From Glaucostegus cemiculus (lineage: Eukaryota): a DNA stretch of 64,000 bases. Location: contig CDPCPM010000247.1 in assembly GCA_976551045.1 (NCBI GenBank), positions 620,001 to 684,000 of the forward strand, in the 5' to 3' direction. The stretch's first letter is position 1. The number at the start of each line of letters is the position of its first letter. Positions 63,651 to 64,000 of the stretch are shown here, in pieces. The position numbers were made by a program, and so were the translations under genes. A model generated the notes under the pieces. That model searched no databases and was not told where the DNA came from. It was given only the letters and a program-made list of their open reading frames with translations.

Positions 63651-64000
63651 ATAGGGTCTTTATTATCACTTTAGAATACCTGTATGCACTGTAGGCTTAG
63701 AAGCACTATTGGTTTTATTAATAGTGTCATGCTTCTTCACGTTAGATAATTTTCAGCTTTCAAAGTTTATAATGACATAAGGCAAAATTACAAGTAAATG
63801 CAATGCATTGCTCATCCAAAAATCTTGCACTCTTGACTGTAGACCAATTGGTCCATGTTCAAACCATAATGAACATGACATCAATAGGCATTTTGAGCAA
63901 TGTCTAAATAGTCTTTGGGCTGAGATCCGTATCTCCACTGTACCCTTGAAAAACATAAAGGTGCCAATAAGATAATTACAATATTCACAAGTTAAGTATT

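Overview
Eukaryotic genomic DNA from a vertebrate, most likely a cartilaginous fish and probably a batoid. That assignment is inferred from the shark-type TIMP3 signal peptide and the repeat families present. Minus strand: seven coding exons of synapsin III (SYN3; C-terminal half of domain C plus domain J) at 758-17442, all with GT-AG sites and consistent phases. The rest of the window (17443-64000+) is one large SYN3 intron carrying a nested antisense TIMP3 gene on the plus strand. The main surprise is that the TIMP3 proximal promoter, exon 1 and start of intron 1 are tandemly duplicated (40795-43926 and 43925-46565). This gives two intact, diverged first exons (mature N-termini CTCMPNHPQDAFCSSDI and CSCMPSHPQHAFCNSEV), each able to splice in frame to one shared exon 2 (59525-59607) and exon 3 (63008-63119). 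It could be an alternative-promoter system that swaps the metalloproteinase-contacting N-terminus (Thr2 vs Ser2). The remainder is intronic DNA with CR1, L2 and Rex1-like LINE fragments, V-SINEs, Penelope-like fold-back elements with hammerhead-like cores, minisatellites and a 350-N assembly gap. Comparisons to known proteins and repeat families are from memory; no search was run.
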